Below, piece by piece: positions 29,854 through 40,082 of a stretch of 64,000 nt of DNA. Origin of the DNA: Fibrobacterales bacterium (GTDB lineage: Bacteria > Fibrobacterota > Fibrobacteria > Fibrobacterales > JAOPTW01); contig JAOPTX010000023.1 of NCBI GenBank assembly GCA_051532055.1, positions 64,001-128,000 on the forward strand, read 5' to 3'. The position numbers and the translations under genes are program-made. How positions within the stretch are numbered: the stretch's first letter is position 1; the number at the start of each line of letters is the position of its first letter. The notes beneath the pieces are model-generated. The model worked only from the letters and a program-made list of their open reading frames with translations. It ran no database searches and was not told the DNA's origin.

Positions 29854-31930
29854 GGATCGATATGGTTCCTGTAGATTTAATATTTATACCAGTCACAATT
29901 TCACTATACGCCAAAACCGAAAGATTGGGGTAACTTCCTTCAAGAAGCATTTTCATGGGAAACCGTATATTAGGCGAGCAAACTAGTATTTGCTGTTCGT
30001 TAAGAGCGAGCAATCGCTCACAAATTGGTGCCGTTGCATCGAGAATCTTACCAACAACATCAGGCCTTAACACTAAACGAGGCCCCTTTTCTGTTTTCTG
30101 TACTGATGCCTCTAATAATTGTTCCAACTGAGGATCTAATGTAATAACGGGTATGACTCCATCAGGCGTATTGAAACCCATACAGATTTGCCGTGACAAC
30201 CCAGCTCGACACTCTTCAGTTAGGTAGGTTGTCTCCTTTGACATTTTAGCACTATCAGACAATATCTCAAGTATAGCAGAGAGGTTCCGTATTGAGACCT
30301 TTTCACTCAATAAATGGGTCAGTACTGTTTGTAATTCACCAAACCCAAGAAGACCAGGTATAAGCTCATCAACAACAGCAGAGTTATCTTGTTTCACCGT
30401 ATCAACCAATGCTTTCACATCCTGACGCGTCAAAATATCAGCAGCATTACCTTTTATAACTTCAGTAATATGAGTTGCAAGAACTGCAGGCAACTCTACT
30501 ACGGTATATCCCGACAATTCAGCCGTCTCTTTCTGCGATTCTGTTATCCAAAGAGCTGGGAGCCCAAAAGCGGGTTCAACGGTCTCGATTCCTGAAATCT
30601 GTTGAGATACTTCTCCTGGATTCATAGCAAGGTAAGAACCCATCATGAGGTTGCCCGATCCCACTTCAAGTCCTTTTACCTTAACTATGTAATCATTCGG
30701 TTGAAGCTGAATATTATCTCGAATTCGAATAGGAGGCACAATAATACCCAGTTCTGTAGCACATTGCCTTCTGAGCATAGTGATCCGTTCGAGTAAATCC
30801 CCACCTTGGTTTGTATCAACTAGTGGTATAAGGCCATAGCCAATTTCCAACTCCATTTGATCAATTTTTAAATAATCTTCAATGCGTTCTTCGGCACTCT
30901 CGGCACCACTTTCTCCTTGAGAAAGTTCCTCTTCACTTTGAGTCTCCTCTTCTTTTTTCTTTGAATCAGCTGTAGCTATTTTATATGCACCAAATGCCAG
31001 CATTATAGCAAGTGATGTAAATGGTATGATAGGCATTCCTGGTACAAGCCCAAGAAACATCATGACACCTGCTGAGGCAAAAAGTGCCTTAGTACTTTGA
31101 GAAAATTGCGCAATCAGCTCTTGCCCAAGGTTACCTGATGAAGCCGCACGAGTCACAATAATACCTGCACCAGTCGAAATCATCAATGAAGGCACCTGTG
31201 AAACCAATCCATCACCAATGGTTAACTTAGTATAAGTCTCAAGTGCAGTAAAGAAGTCCATACCTTGCATCGCCATGCCTGTTGCAAAACCACCAATAAT
31301 ATTAACCACCGTAATAACCAAACCTGCAGTCGCATCACCTTTAACAAATTTACTCGCACCATCCATTGCGCCATAAAAGTCAGCTTCGCGAGATATATCT
31401 TTCCGTTTCTGCTTCGCTTCATCTTCGGTTAAAATTCCCGCATTTAGATCGGCATCAACCGCCATCTGTTTACCCGGCATCGCATCAAGAGTAAAGCGAG
31501 CAGCAACCTCAGCGATTCTACCAGAACCTTTGGTAATGACTATCAACTGTACCATGACTATGATGATAAAGATAATAACCCCTACAACGATATTATTACC
31601 CGTTACAAAATTACTAAATGAGTTAATCACTTCACCCGCCTCACCATCTGCAAGAATCATACGGGTTGTAGAAATATTCATCGCTATTCGAAAGAGAGTT
31701 AACACCAGTAGCAAGCCGGGAAATACCGAAAAATCTAAGACATTATCGAGATACATAGAGATAATGAGAACAACAAGAGCAAGGGATATCATAAGTGAGA
31801 GCAAAATATCTATCAGCCAGGTCGGTATTGGAACCACCATCATTACAATAACACCAACAATAGAGATGATAATAAGTACATCTTTATGTTTTGCTAATGC
31901 GCCTAGATTTATGCCATCTTTTATGCTCAT
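29834..31930 (-). CDS. flhA: Flagellar export protein FlhA
   Basis: RIAEVAARFTLDAMPGKQM and ADFYGAMDGASKFVKGD motifs. Confidence 0.98.
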   Translation of the reverse strand: MSIKDGINLGALAKHKDVLIIISIVGVIVMMVVPIPTWLIDILLSLMISLALVVLIISMYLDNVLDFSVFPGLLLVLTLFRIAMNISTTRMILADGEAGEVINSFSNFVTGNNIVVGVIIFIIIVMVQLIVITKGSGRIAEVAARFTLDAMPGKQMAVDADLNAGILTEDEAKQKRKDISREADFYGAMDGASKFVKGDATAGLVITVVNIIGGFATGMAMQGMDFFTALETYTKLTIGDGLVSQVPSLMISTGAGIIVTRAASSGNLGQELIAQFSQSTKALFASAGVMMFLGLVPGMPIIPFTSLAIMLAFGAYKIATADSKKKEEETQSEEELSQGESGAESAEERIEDYLKIDQMELEIGYGLIPLVDTNQGGDLLERITMLRRQCATELGIIVPPIRIRDNIQLQPNDYIVKVKGLEVGSGNLMMGSYLAMNPGEVSQQISGIETVEPAFGLPALWITESQKETAELSGYTVVELPAVLATHITEVIKGNAADILTRQDVKALVDTVKQDNSAVVDELIPGLLGFGELQTVLTHLLSEKVSIRNLSAILEILSDSAKMSKETTYLTEECRAGLSRQICMGFNTPDGVIPVITLDPQLEQLLEASVQKTEKGPRLVLRPDVVGKILDATAPICERLLALNEQQILVCSPNIRFPMKMLLEGSYPNLSVLAYSEIVTGINIKSTGTISIHENEKV

Positions 31931-31938
31931 CTGCTACT

Positions 31939-33756
31939 CTATTGATTTCTCGCAATTACAGAGGGTCGATTAAACCCTCTATTTCGCAAGACTTCAATTC
32001 CATTGGCATCAAGTTTTACCAGGCTCCCTACTTCAGTATCAGTTATCCAGCAGCCATTATCTGATTGGTCAACAACTGCACCAATAGGATTACTGAAACC
32101 AGAAAAAACCTGAACACCGGGGCTTAAGCTACTCACCGCCTGAAAACTTGTCATTTCACTACTACTCAATTTAACAACTTGCCCTGCTTTTGTGTCAACT
32201 ATCCAACAGATCCCATTCCATGCCGAAATTTTGCTAATTTTCTGAAATCCCGTAATTGAATCTATTCCAGTGCCATCGCTATTCATTAAATAGAGGGTAC
32301 TACTGTCGGCAACCCATAATTGTGAAGCAACATAATCAAATGCTATAGAGGCTGGGTTTTTAAAAGTGAAGAAAGGAAGAAATTGAGCAGGGTCCAAAAC
32401 TCGACCGGTATCAACAGACATATAGACAGTATCTGTTACAGGATTAACATACCAGCTACTATTTTCCCGATAGTCAACAACAAGGTCGGAAACATACCCC
32501 TTGCTCACAGAATCCATAGTAAGCTCAGTTAAGGTAGTATCGGCAATCTGAAAACTCTTAACTACTCCTTGATTGTTAATCCCACTCGAAACCCATAGTA
32601 CTTTCGAATCATGATCAAGTGCAACACTTCGAGGCGAAACAAATGATGAGTCTCTCATCTCTTGTATACCATTTTCGGAGAATCGGTAGAGCGCATTTGC
32701 CCCCTCATCAGCAACCCATACAGGTGAAGGTGTATTTGGGTCAATAGCTATGCTGCTAATATCATTAAAGCTGTTACGTAACCGAAAAATCTCGGTACCA
32801 TATCTCGTGATCTTGATTAAATCATTTTCATCACTCATCCACAAAGACCCAATCTCTTGATAACCAATTACCCTCACCCGATATTCCCGAAACATCAACG
32901 AATGAGAGTCTGATATTTGAAGGGTTACGATGGTATCAATCTCAGCTGCATCGAGCTCTAATCGATACTCATAACTATTGGCTGCCGAATCTGCCGCAGT
33001 GCTTATTAATGTAAACCCATTAAGCGTCACTTGAGGACTAATTAAACTTGCTTTGTAAGCATCAGACAAACTCAATGAAAAATAGAGATCTTGCCCTGCG
33101 CGACCAAAAAGATGAATCAGTTCGCGATAATTTTCACTGCGTACCTCTTGGCTTACTCCACTGATCATAACAGAATCAATCCGTGGCGCAATATTCTCAA
33201 TTTCTACTGAGATAGGATTTGAATAGACACCATTTACCACTACATGTACCGTATCTGCGAAGGTTGAGTCAGCGATCATCACCCCCTGTGCAGCGACACT
33301 ATCAATATGAGGAGTAGGAAGGGTCTCCCAAAGTATATACGCAGTATCAGAATCAACAAAACCATTCTTAATAACCGGGGTATGGTAAGCTACCATTCCA
33401 CTATTGCTGTGCCACGCCACGACACTCCCTACCTGACGTCCAAATTCATCAAATGCTTGATCATACTCTTCCTGAATACGAAGTCGTTGAATGGGAGGTA
33501 ATGTGGAATTTAAAAGTCCTGAAAGGCTATCTTTCAAACTTTGAGCGGTAATCATTTTTTCCGTCGCTTGTATTCCACCGAGTGTCACCCAGACTTTATA
33601 AGCCCCCCCCTCATAGTCTGAACCTGTGATATCAACATGTATCTCAGGGAACAAACCTTGGGGCCCCTCATCATCACCAAAGAAGAGACATCCATTCATT
33701 ATGAGTGCATACAGCACCACTATCATACATTTAAACACCAGCAACCTGCCTTTCAT
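31939..33756 (-). CDS. Predicted lipoprotein with Ig-like region and C-terminal NHL/beta-propeller repeats
   Basis: Hydrophobic leader ending MNGC; repeated F-x-x-P-x-x-V/I-A-x-D...W-V-A-D units. Confidence 0.7.
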   Translation of the reverse strand: MKGRLLVFKCMIVVLYALIMNGCLFFGDDEGPQGLFPEIHVDITGSDYEGGAYKVWVTLGGIQATEKMITAQSLKDSLSGLLNSTLPPIQRLRIQEEYDQAFDEFGRQVGSVVAWHSNSGMVAYHTPVIKNGFVDSDTAYILWETLPTPHIDSVAAQGVMIADSTFADTVHVVVNGVYSNPISVEIENIAPRIDSVMISGVSQEVRSENYRELIHLFGRAGQDLYFSLSLSDAYKASLISPQVTLNGFTLISTAADSAANSYEYRLELDAAEIDTIVTLQISDSHSLMFREYRVRVIGYQEIGSLWMSDENDLIKITRYGTEIFRLRNSFNDISSIAIDPNTPSPVWVADEGANALYRFSENGIQEMRDSSFVSPRSVALDHDSKVLWVSSGINNQGVVKSFQIADTTLTELTMDSVSKGYVSDLVVDYRENSSWYVNPVTDTVYMSVDTGRVLDPAQFLPFFTFKNPASIAFDYVASQLWVADSSTLYLMNSDGTGIDSITGFQKISKISAWNGICWIVDTKAGQVVKLSSSEMTSFQAVSSLSPGVQVFSGFSNPIGAVVDQSDNGCWITDTEVGSLVKLDANGIEVLRNRGFNRPSVIARNQ

Positions 33757-34807
33757 TTTTTAAGCTAAATACATATGCTAAAATTTCTGCTACGGCACCA
33801 AAAAATTCTGCGGGGAGTTCAACTCCCGGCTCTACAATATCATACATGGCGCGAGCAAGTGGTTTATCTTCCACAATAGGAATATCATTGTCCGTTGCAA
33901 TTCTTCGAATCTCTTCAGCTATCAGTCGTTTACCCTTTGCAACTATAACAGGAGCGTCATCAACCCCTCGTTCATAACGTATTGCTATTGCGATAAAAAT
34001 CGGGTTTGTAATTACCACTGTAGCCCGCTTTGTTTCACCCTGCATCATACGAGCATTCATTTCCATCATCATTTGACGCATACGTGCTTTAAGCTTTGGA
34101 TCTTGATCAGCATTTTTTGCTTCGTCTTTAATTTCTTGCTTAGTCATTTTGGAATCAGTACTAAATTTTTTCTTCTGATAAGCAAAGTCTATAAGCCCAA
34201 GAATAATTAAGAGAGCAGCAACCCAGATAGTAATTTCTAAAGCAACATCAAAAATCTTTGCCCAAATTATTGCAACATCCGTATCCATCAAAAAAAGAAG
34301 ATCTTCAAATTCTTTGGCAATTATTATATAGACAACAATACCTACAATAGTAAGTTTCGCAAGGTTTTTAAGGAGTTCGACAATTGTCGCAATGGAAAAC
34401 TTACTCTTTAATCCATTCATCTTCATAATTTTTTTAAAATCAGGTTTAAGCTTATTCAGAGTAAAGAGCCATCCTACTTGGAAAAAATTAACACCTACTG
34501 CGAGGACGAGCATGAGTACTGCTATAGGGTAAATTGCATATAGGGTTTTTTTAAGCATTTTCTCTGACACCAGAGCAATAAAGCTCGCCTCATTCAATTC
34601 AAAACTGCTAATCATCGAATAGACATCAACCAAGTTTGTTCGCATTACATCCATAAGCCGCTCACCAAAAATAAGAATTGCAATTAATGCAATCATTACT
34701 CCCGCTCCTGCGGTTAAGTCTTGAGACTTTGCAACTTGTCCTTTTCCACGCATCTCCGATTTACGTTTAGCGGAGGCGTCTTCGGTTTTTTCGTCTTTAT
34801 CAGGCAC
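33731..34807 (-). CDS. flhB: Flagellar export protein FlhB
   Basis: EKTEDAS..RK, KGQVAKSQD, KMTKQEIKDE, VVITNP, PVIVAKG motifs; GTG start at 34807 after GGGGGA. Confidence 0.96.
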   Translation of the reverse strand: MPDKDEKTEDASAKRKSEMRGKGQVAKSQDLTAGAGVMIALIAILIFGERLMDVMRTNLVDVYSMISSFELNEASFIALVSEKMLKKTLYAIYPIAVLMLVLAVGVNFFQVGWLFTLNKLKPDFKKIMKMNGLKSKFSIATIVELLKNLAKLTIVGIVVYIIIAKEFEDLLFLMDTDVAIIWAKIFDVALEITIWVAALLIILGLIDFAYQKKKFSTDSKMTKQEIKDEAKNADQDPKLKARMRQMMMEMNARMMQGETKRATVVITNPIFIAIAIRYERGVDDAPVIVAKGKRLIAEEIRRIATDNDIPIVEDKPLARAMYDIVEPGVELPAEFFGAVAEILAYVFSLKNERQVAGV

Positions 34808-35606
34808 TCGTTCCCCCTGCACGCATTAAAATGAAAAGGTTCTCTTGAATAAGAATGAAATACTTATCAAGAAGCTGGTATGCCAGTGGCAACGTGTATA
34901 TAATAACCATTATCCCAATACCAATTTTGAGAGGAATAGCCACCAACCATACATTCATTTGCGGCATTATCTTGGACATAAATGCCATTCCAAAAGTGGT
35001 TAAAATAATTATAACCATTAGGGGCGCTGCCATTTTAACCCCAAATACAAATGATTGGACGACAAGAAAGAGTATTACCTCAACATTAAGGTTACTATGA
35101 TGTTCAATGCCAGCGATAGGTATATATTTAAATGATTGAACTACAGCCTCAATAAAAAAATGATGATTATCATTAATGATAAACATCACCGTAAAGAGTA
35201 CCAAAATAAATTGACCCAGCCCAGTAGTCTGGTCACCGGTTGTTGGATCAATTCCCGGGGTCATACTCAAGCCCATATCACGAGCCATAAAAAAGCCTGC
35301 AATGGGTATAAATGTAAAGAGAAGAGATGAGGTAAAACCAATAATGACACCCACAAAAACTTCTTTAAGAGTCAAAATAAAAACGTGCGCTATTGAATTA
35401 GACACTTCAATGGTTTGAGAGGGGAGGAGAGGAAATATTAATATACAGATAAAAAAGACAATACCCACTTTAACCCGAGCACTTATATTCCTTCCAGTAA
35501 AAATAGGGAGTAAAAAAATTGCCACAGATACTCGAACCAACATGAGGAAGAAAAACTCAAGTTGACCGACGGTTATATCTGCTATGGTTGCGGCTTGCTC
35601 TAACAT
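34800..35606 (-). CDS. fliR: Flagellar export protein FliR
   Basis: Hydrophobic; KEVFVG, MGLS, PQMNV motifs; position in the cluster. Confidence 0.93.
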   Translation of the reverse strand: MLEQAATIADITVGQLEFFFLMLVRVSVAIFLLPIFTGRNISARVKVGIVFFICILIFPLLPSQTIEVSNSIAHVFILTLKEVFVGVIIGFTSSLLFTFIPIAGFFMARDMGLSMTPGIDPTTGDQTTGLGQFILVLFTVMFIINDNHHFFIEAVVQSFKYIPIAGIEHHSNLNVEVILFLVVQSFVFGVKMAAPLMVIIILTTFGMAFMSKIMPQMNVWLVAIPLKIGIGIMVIIYTLPLAYQLLDKYFILIQENLFILMRAGGTSA

Positions 35607-35607
35607 A

Positions 35608-35877
35608 CTATGGAATCAAATTTGGTATCATGTCGATCAGACTATTAAAAAAAGATCGAAAGAGTTTAAGCATTGTAGGCATCATAAAAAGAAGCACGGC
35701 TGCTACTGACAAAATTTTTGGAATAAATGTCATGGTCATTTCATTAATTTGGGTTGCAGCCTGAAAAATTGAAACAGCTAATCCAACTACAAGCGCAGTA
35801 ATGAGCATAGGCCCACCAAGATACATTAGTGTTAACAGTGCATTTCTTCCAATATCAATTACAACAATATCTGTCAT
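35608..35877 (-). CDS. fliQ: Flagellar export protein FliQ
   Basis: SIFQAATQINEMTMTFIPK motif. Confidence 0.97.
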   Translation of the reverse strand: MTDIVVIDIGRNALLTLMYLGGPMLITALVVGLAVSIFQAATQINEMTMTFIPKILSVAAVLLFMMPTMLKLFRSFFNSLIDMIPNLIP

Positions 35878-35886
35878 GATACACTC

Positions 35887-36633
35887 CTAGTGAAAACTCA
35901 GCACCACTTGCTGGACCACTAAGTGCCATCCATCAACAAGTACAAATAATATCAATTTAAAGGGCATTGAAATCATAACGGGAGGAAGCATCATCATCCC
36001 CATTGACATAAGTACTGATGCAACAGTCATATCAATAACTAAAAAAGGAATATACAGTAGAAACCCAATAATAAATGCTGTTTTTATCTCGCTTAATATA
36101 AAGGCAGGAATAATTACTGTCAGTGAAAGTTCATCAATATTTTTAGGATTCGCCGTTTTTGATACGCGCAAAAAAAGCGCCAGCTCACTTTCACTCGTCT
36201 GCCTAAGCATAAAATCTCGAATAGGAGTCAATGCTTCTTCGATTGCAACTTCATGATTTATCTCTTTGGCTAAATAGGGTTGCAGTGCGTTCTCATTGAT
36301 GGCATTAAAGGTTGGCGTCATAATAAAAAACGTGAGAAACAGAGTAAGCCCCATTACCACCTGATTAGGTGGTGCATTCATTGTACCCAATGCCTGTTTT
36401 AAAAAATTAAGAACGATTACTATACGGGTAAAAGAAGTGAGCATGATGATGATCGAAGGTGCTAGAGTCAACACAGTCATGAGTGCTACGATTTCCAAAG
36501 TAACCGCAACATCATCAACTGATTCAGCCTCTTCAAAACCAAGAGTCACTTTTGGCATTATCTGTGCAGATAACTCTGGAATACAGATGAGACCAAAAAT
36601 GAATAATACAATATACTTAAGAGGCACTGTCAC
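35887..36633 (-). CDS. fliP: Flagellar export protein FliP
   Basis: TSFTRIVIV, PPNQV, MGMMMLPP, KLILFVLVDGW motifs. Confidence 0.97.
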   Translation of the reverse strand: MTVPLKYIVLFIFGLICIPELSAQIMPKVTLGFEEAESVDDVAVTLEIVALMTVLTLAPSIIIMLTSFTRIVIVLNFLKQALGTMNAPPNQVVMGLTLFLTFFIMTPTFNAINENALQPYLAKEINHEVAIEEALTPIRDFMLRQTSESELALFLRVSKTANPKNIDELSLTVIIPAFILSEIKTAFIIGFLLYIPFLVIDMTVASVLMSMGMMMLPPVMISMPFKLILFVLVDGWHLVVQQVVLSFH

Positions 36634-37222
36634 CTCCCTTATTATTCTGTACTTCAGTACGTTTAAATTTACTCAACAACTGATTCACCGTTTGATTAAA
36701 TTGCCCTGATGCAATTCCTGATTGTGACGCTTTATTCAAGTAACGTTCAGCATCATCACCCTCTATTGTCGTGAGGGTATTAATTGATTGCTGTGTTACC
36801 CCAAGAACCAAAATTTTCCCATGGAGTTTAACCGTCATTATTTTATGCTGCTGCCCTAAGGGTGTCATATCTAAGACTTCAAGATCACCTTGCCCCGAAA
36901 ATTTATTAAAGGCGCTTCCTTGTAATTTTTTCATAAGGTAGATTAACACTACAATAAGAAGAATGATAAACGCCAATCCTAGAAATGTTTTTATAACAAG
37001 GGTACTGACAGATACTTCTTCTGGAGTTTGATCTTGCGCTAAAGATTGACCCGATCCCGTTTCATTGATCACATCAAGTTTTCGTTGACCTGGTTTTTCA
37101 GCTCCGTCGACAACTGGTGGTTTTAATTCTGCAAACAGATGAGACCATGTGAGTACAACCACAATGGTAATTATTGACCTTATATTCATCATATACCCAT
37201 TTTTGTACGTTCGGATTTTCAT
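36617..37222 (-). CDS. fliO: Flagellar protein FliO/FliZ (true start possibly near 37192)
   Basis: TM helix followed by LGQQHKI...ILVLGVT; lies between fliY and fliP. Confidence 0.85.
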   Translation of the reverse strand: MKIRTYKNGYMMNIRSIITIVVVLTWSHLFAELKPPVVDGAEKPGQRKLDVINETGSGQSLAQDQTPEEVSVSTLVIKTFLGLAFIILLIVVLIYLMKKLQGSAFNKFSGQGDLEVLDMTPLGQQHKIMTVKLHGKILVLGVTQQSINTLTTIEGDDAERYLNKASQSGIASGQFNQTVNQLLSKFKRTEVQNNKGGDSAS

Positions 37223-37278
37223 TACTACTACTCTTCACAAGATAAAAATCCTCTAGTTGGGCAAGTGATTTTAATGAG

Positions 37279-38415
37279 CTATTTCAAAAATTTTAATCGT
37301 TCTTCTGGTGTCACAAGAGAAACGACCCGTATTCCAAAATTTTCATCCACGACCACTACTTCCCCTCGAGCGACCACTTTATCATTTATCAATAGATCAA
37401 CAGGCTCTCCAGCAAATCGATCCATTTCTACTACTGAGCCCGGACCAAGTTCAAGTATTTTTCGTATACTCATATTGCACCGACCTAACTCGATAGTAAT
37501 ATCCAATGGGATATCAAGTAACATATCGAGAGCTCTATTACCTGTTGATTCAAAAAGTGTTGCTGCGCCACTTGCAACTGCTGGGGCAGCCACTCCTGTA
37601 TCCATTGGTTCGGGAGAAGCGTCAAGCCCCGCAAGACTTCCTTGTTCTTCTGTTGGGGCGAGCTCAAATCCATCTCCCCCACCTTTAACTTTTGCATAAA
37701 AGTTTTCAGAAAGCGATTGATCTGCTATTAAGAGCATTTCTGATTCCAAAATGCCTTCAACCGTATAACTCACGCGGCCTAATACTGACCCCGCAGAAAC
37801 TAACACCTGATCCGAAACTGAATAATCTACCGTTTCCGCTTGACCAATGCTAATTTGAATATCAAAGTCACTACTTATTGAAGTATTGACCGAACCCATC
37901 ACTTGATTGATTAATTCTGCAAGTGCCTCTTTATGATCCTCTTCGAATTCTGCACTTCCATCCCCCATCATCATGAGATCGGACATCACCGCGGTATCTT
38001 TTTGACTGTACACTAATCCAAGTTGACCAGATATATCGCCTTCAAACCCAACTGTAACAACAAGGTGTTTATCGGCAAAAGCCCCCCCAGCACTCTCATC
38101 AGAACATTCTACAACTTCCTCAATCTTGTATTCAACATTTTTATTGATGGCTGTAGAAATAACACCGGATGCTTGGTTTGTGACAATTTTAAAAAGAGGA
38201 CGCAGTTCTTCAGGATCGATGAACGTATCACCACCATCACCACCATCACTACCATCATCCCCGCCACCAAAATCCCCGCCATCCATACCGCCACCACCAT
38301 CAGTGGGAACAGAAGCTACTGCTCCTGGATCTGCTACTACTTCGCCATTTTCTCCAAAGAGCCCCGAAGTGAGTGCATCGATATCTTCTTGACTGAGTAA
38401 TCCATCATCACTCAT
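37279..38415 (-). CDS. fliY: Flagellar switch protein FliY (CheC-like phosphatase domain plus FliN)
   Basis: N-terminal LLSQEDIDAL CheY-binding peptide, ELINQVMG (ExxN), C-terminal SpoA domain GEVVVVDENFGIR. Confidence 0.9.
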   Translation of the reverse strand: MSDDGLLSQEDIDALTSGLFGENGEVVADPGAVASVPTDGGGGMDGGDFGGGDDGSDGGDGGDTFIDPEELRPLFKIVTNQASGVISTAINKNVEYKIEEVVECSDESAGGAFADKHLVVTVGFEGDISGQLGLVYSQKDTAVMSDLMMMGDGSAEFEEDHKEALAELINQVMGSVNTSISSDFDIQISIGQAETVDYSVSDQVLVSAGSVLGRVSYTVEGILESEMLLIADQSLSENFYAKVKGGGDGFELAPTEEQGSLAGLDASPEPMDTGVAAPAVASGAATLFESTGNRALDMLLDIPLDITIELGRCNMSIRKILELGPGSVVEMDRFAGEPVDLLINDKVVARGEVVVVDENFGIRVVSLVTPEERLKFLK

Positions 38416-39463
38416 CACTACCTACCTCTCTGTCGATTATGGATGTAATTTGTATTGATTTTTTCCGTCCAACCACACCTGGCTTTCCAAGGAACTTCGG
38501 ACGCCCTCCAACTGAGACTACCAAATCAGAGCCTGCAGATTTATCGAGAACCAATACATCATTTTTTTCGAGCTGAAGGAAATCTCTCACACTCAGTGAG
38601 GTATCTCCAATAGAAGCAGCAACACCGACAGTTGTATCGCCAAGCTCTTTTTCTACAAGTCGACGCGTCTCTTGCGTCGTTGTTTTTTGTGCTGATATCC
38701 AGGATTCCCCAGATAATTTTTCTAAAATAGATTCAAGTAATATAAAGGGGAAACAGAGACTCATTAGCCCCGAACCATTTTTCATCCTAACTTCCAAGGC
38801 AATCAAAATAACTGTTTCACCAGGAGGTGCAATTTGAACAAACTGAGGGTTTGTTTCATAACTATCAATTTTTGGAGAGAAAATACCAATATTTTCCCAC
38901 ACTTCTTTTAAATCGAGTAATGCTCGTTCAATTATTTTGGTAATTACCGATCGTTCTATATCGGTAAGCTCGCGAGTAGTATCAATGGTTCGTCCCTGAC
39001 CACCAAAAAGCCGATCAAGCATAATGAAAATAAGACTTGGATTCACTTCAAGAATAGCATTCCCCTCAAGTGGCTCCATCTGAAAAATGTATATACATGA
39101 TGGTGTCGAAATAGACATTATCACTTCTTGATAAGTCAATTGGTCAACTGAACTCAGTTCAATTTCAACTAGCGTTCTTAAAAATGAAGTTAACGTTGTA
39201 GAGAGAAGACGTGCATATCCTTCATGAAGATTCTGTAAGGTTCGAACTTGATCTTTTGAAACACGGTCTGGACGTTTAAAGTCGTAGAGCGCAACAGCAC
39301 GCTGCTCTTCTTCTTCATAATCAGAGTAATCAGGAGAAAAGACCGGACCGGCATCAGAAGGGGTAGCAGAAAGTTCCGCTGACCCATCGTCCTCGGCCAT
39401 ATCTCCACCAGACACTGCTGAGAGAAGGGCATCTACTTCTTCTTGTGATAAAATATCACTCAT
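38408..39463 (-). CDS. fliM: Flagellar switch protein FliM
   Basis: ILSQEEVDALL, YDFKRPDR, ETNPQF motifs. Confidence 0.97.
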   Translation of the reverse strand: MSDILSQEEVDALLSAVSGGDMAEDDGSAELSATPSDAGPVFSPDYSDYEEEEQRAVALYDFKRPDRVSKDQVRTLQNLHEGYARLLSTTLTSFLRTLVEIELSSVDQLTYQEVIMSISTPSCIYIFQMEPLEGNAILEVNPSLIFIMLDRLFGGQGRTIDTTRELTDIERSVITKIIERALLDLKEVWENIGIFSPKIDSYETNPQFVQIAPPGETVILIALEVRMKNGSGLMSLCFPFILLESILEKLSGESWISAQKTTTQETRRLVEKELGDTTVGVAASIGDTSLSVRDFLQLEKNDVLVLDKSAGSDLVVSVGGRPKFLGKPGVVGRKKSIQITSIIDREVGSDE

Positions 39464-39484
39464 TCTTCCTTACCTTTTATCTAC

Positions 39485-40036
39485 TTACTGTATTACAAAT
39501 TCATCAAAATAGCAGGAACGAATTTGACCTGCCGCTTCAGGCAACATCAAATTTATATCGTTGGTTATCTCATTTCTAATTTTTTGTTTACCCTCTTTCG
39601 AAGTAAGCTCCACTAATGGAATTTCACTCAAAATTGTGATAATTCTATCTTTAATTCTCGGCATCCTTTCATCAATAGCTGCCGGAACCATGGGATATTG
39701 CGCCATATCAAACTCAACTTGTACTGCTGTTTTAAGATACCGCGTACCATCAGTTCCTGCAATATTCACCGTTACTGCAATTGAAGATTCCAAACGCGCT
39801 CCTGCTTGGGTCGACTTCTCTTTTGCAGCCCTTTCTTCATCTTCCTGCTGTGCCATTTGTTCCGCAACAAGATCTGGAGCTGGCCCCAGTTGGAGTACAT
39901 TTATGACAACAACAGATATCCCTACCATAAATGCCATGTTGAGAAACATAATCAGAATAATCATCACCAGATTAGACTTCTTTTTTTCTTCAATCGGCTC
40001 TGCCGCTCCAGCTACTTCATTATCTTCATCAGCCAT
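39485..40036 (-). CDS. fliL: Flagellar basal-body protein FliL
   Basis: Single TM helix, VNIA..RYLK, EGKQKIR, FDEFVIQ. Confidence 0.93.
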   Translation of the reverse strand: MADEDNEVAGAAEPIEEKKKSNLVMIILIMFLNMAFMVGISVVVINVLQLGPAPDLVAEQMAQQEDEERAAKEKSTQAGARLESSIAVTVNIAGTDGTRYLKTAVQVEFDMAQYPMVPAAIDERMPRIKDRIITILSEIPLVELTSKEGKQKIRNEITNDINLMLPEAAGQIRSCYFDEFVIQ

Positions 40037-40082
40037 CTTGTTTCCTTAGCGTCTTAAAGTGTTCATCATGTATACGCTTCAA

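Noticed and set aside
31530..31973. 147-aa plus-strand ORF (likewise 37265-37699, 39561-40049, 46459-46920)
   Set aside because: Antisense shadows of well-supported flagellar genes, with no recognisable motifs.
38225..38305. CCA/TCA-rich tandem-like repeats
   Set aside because: They encode the Gly/Asp linker of FliY; not a CRISPR array or contingency locus.
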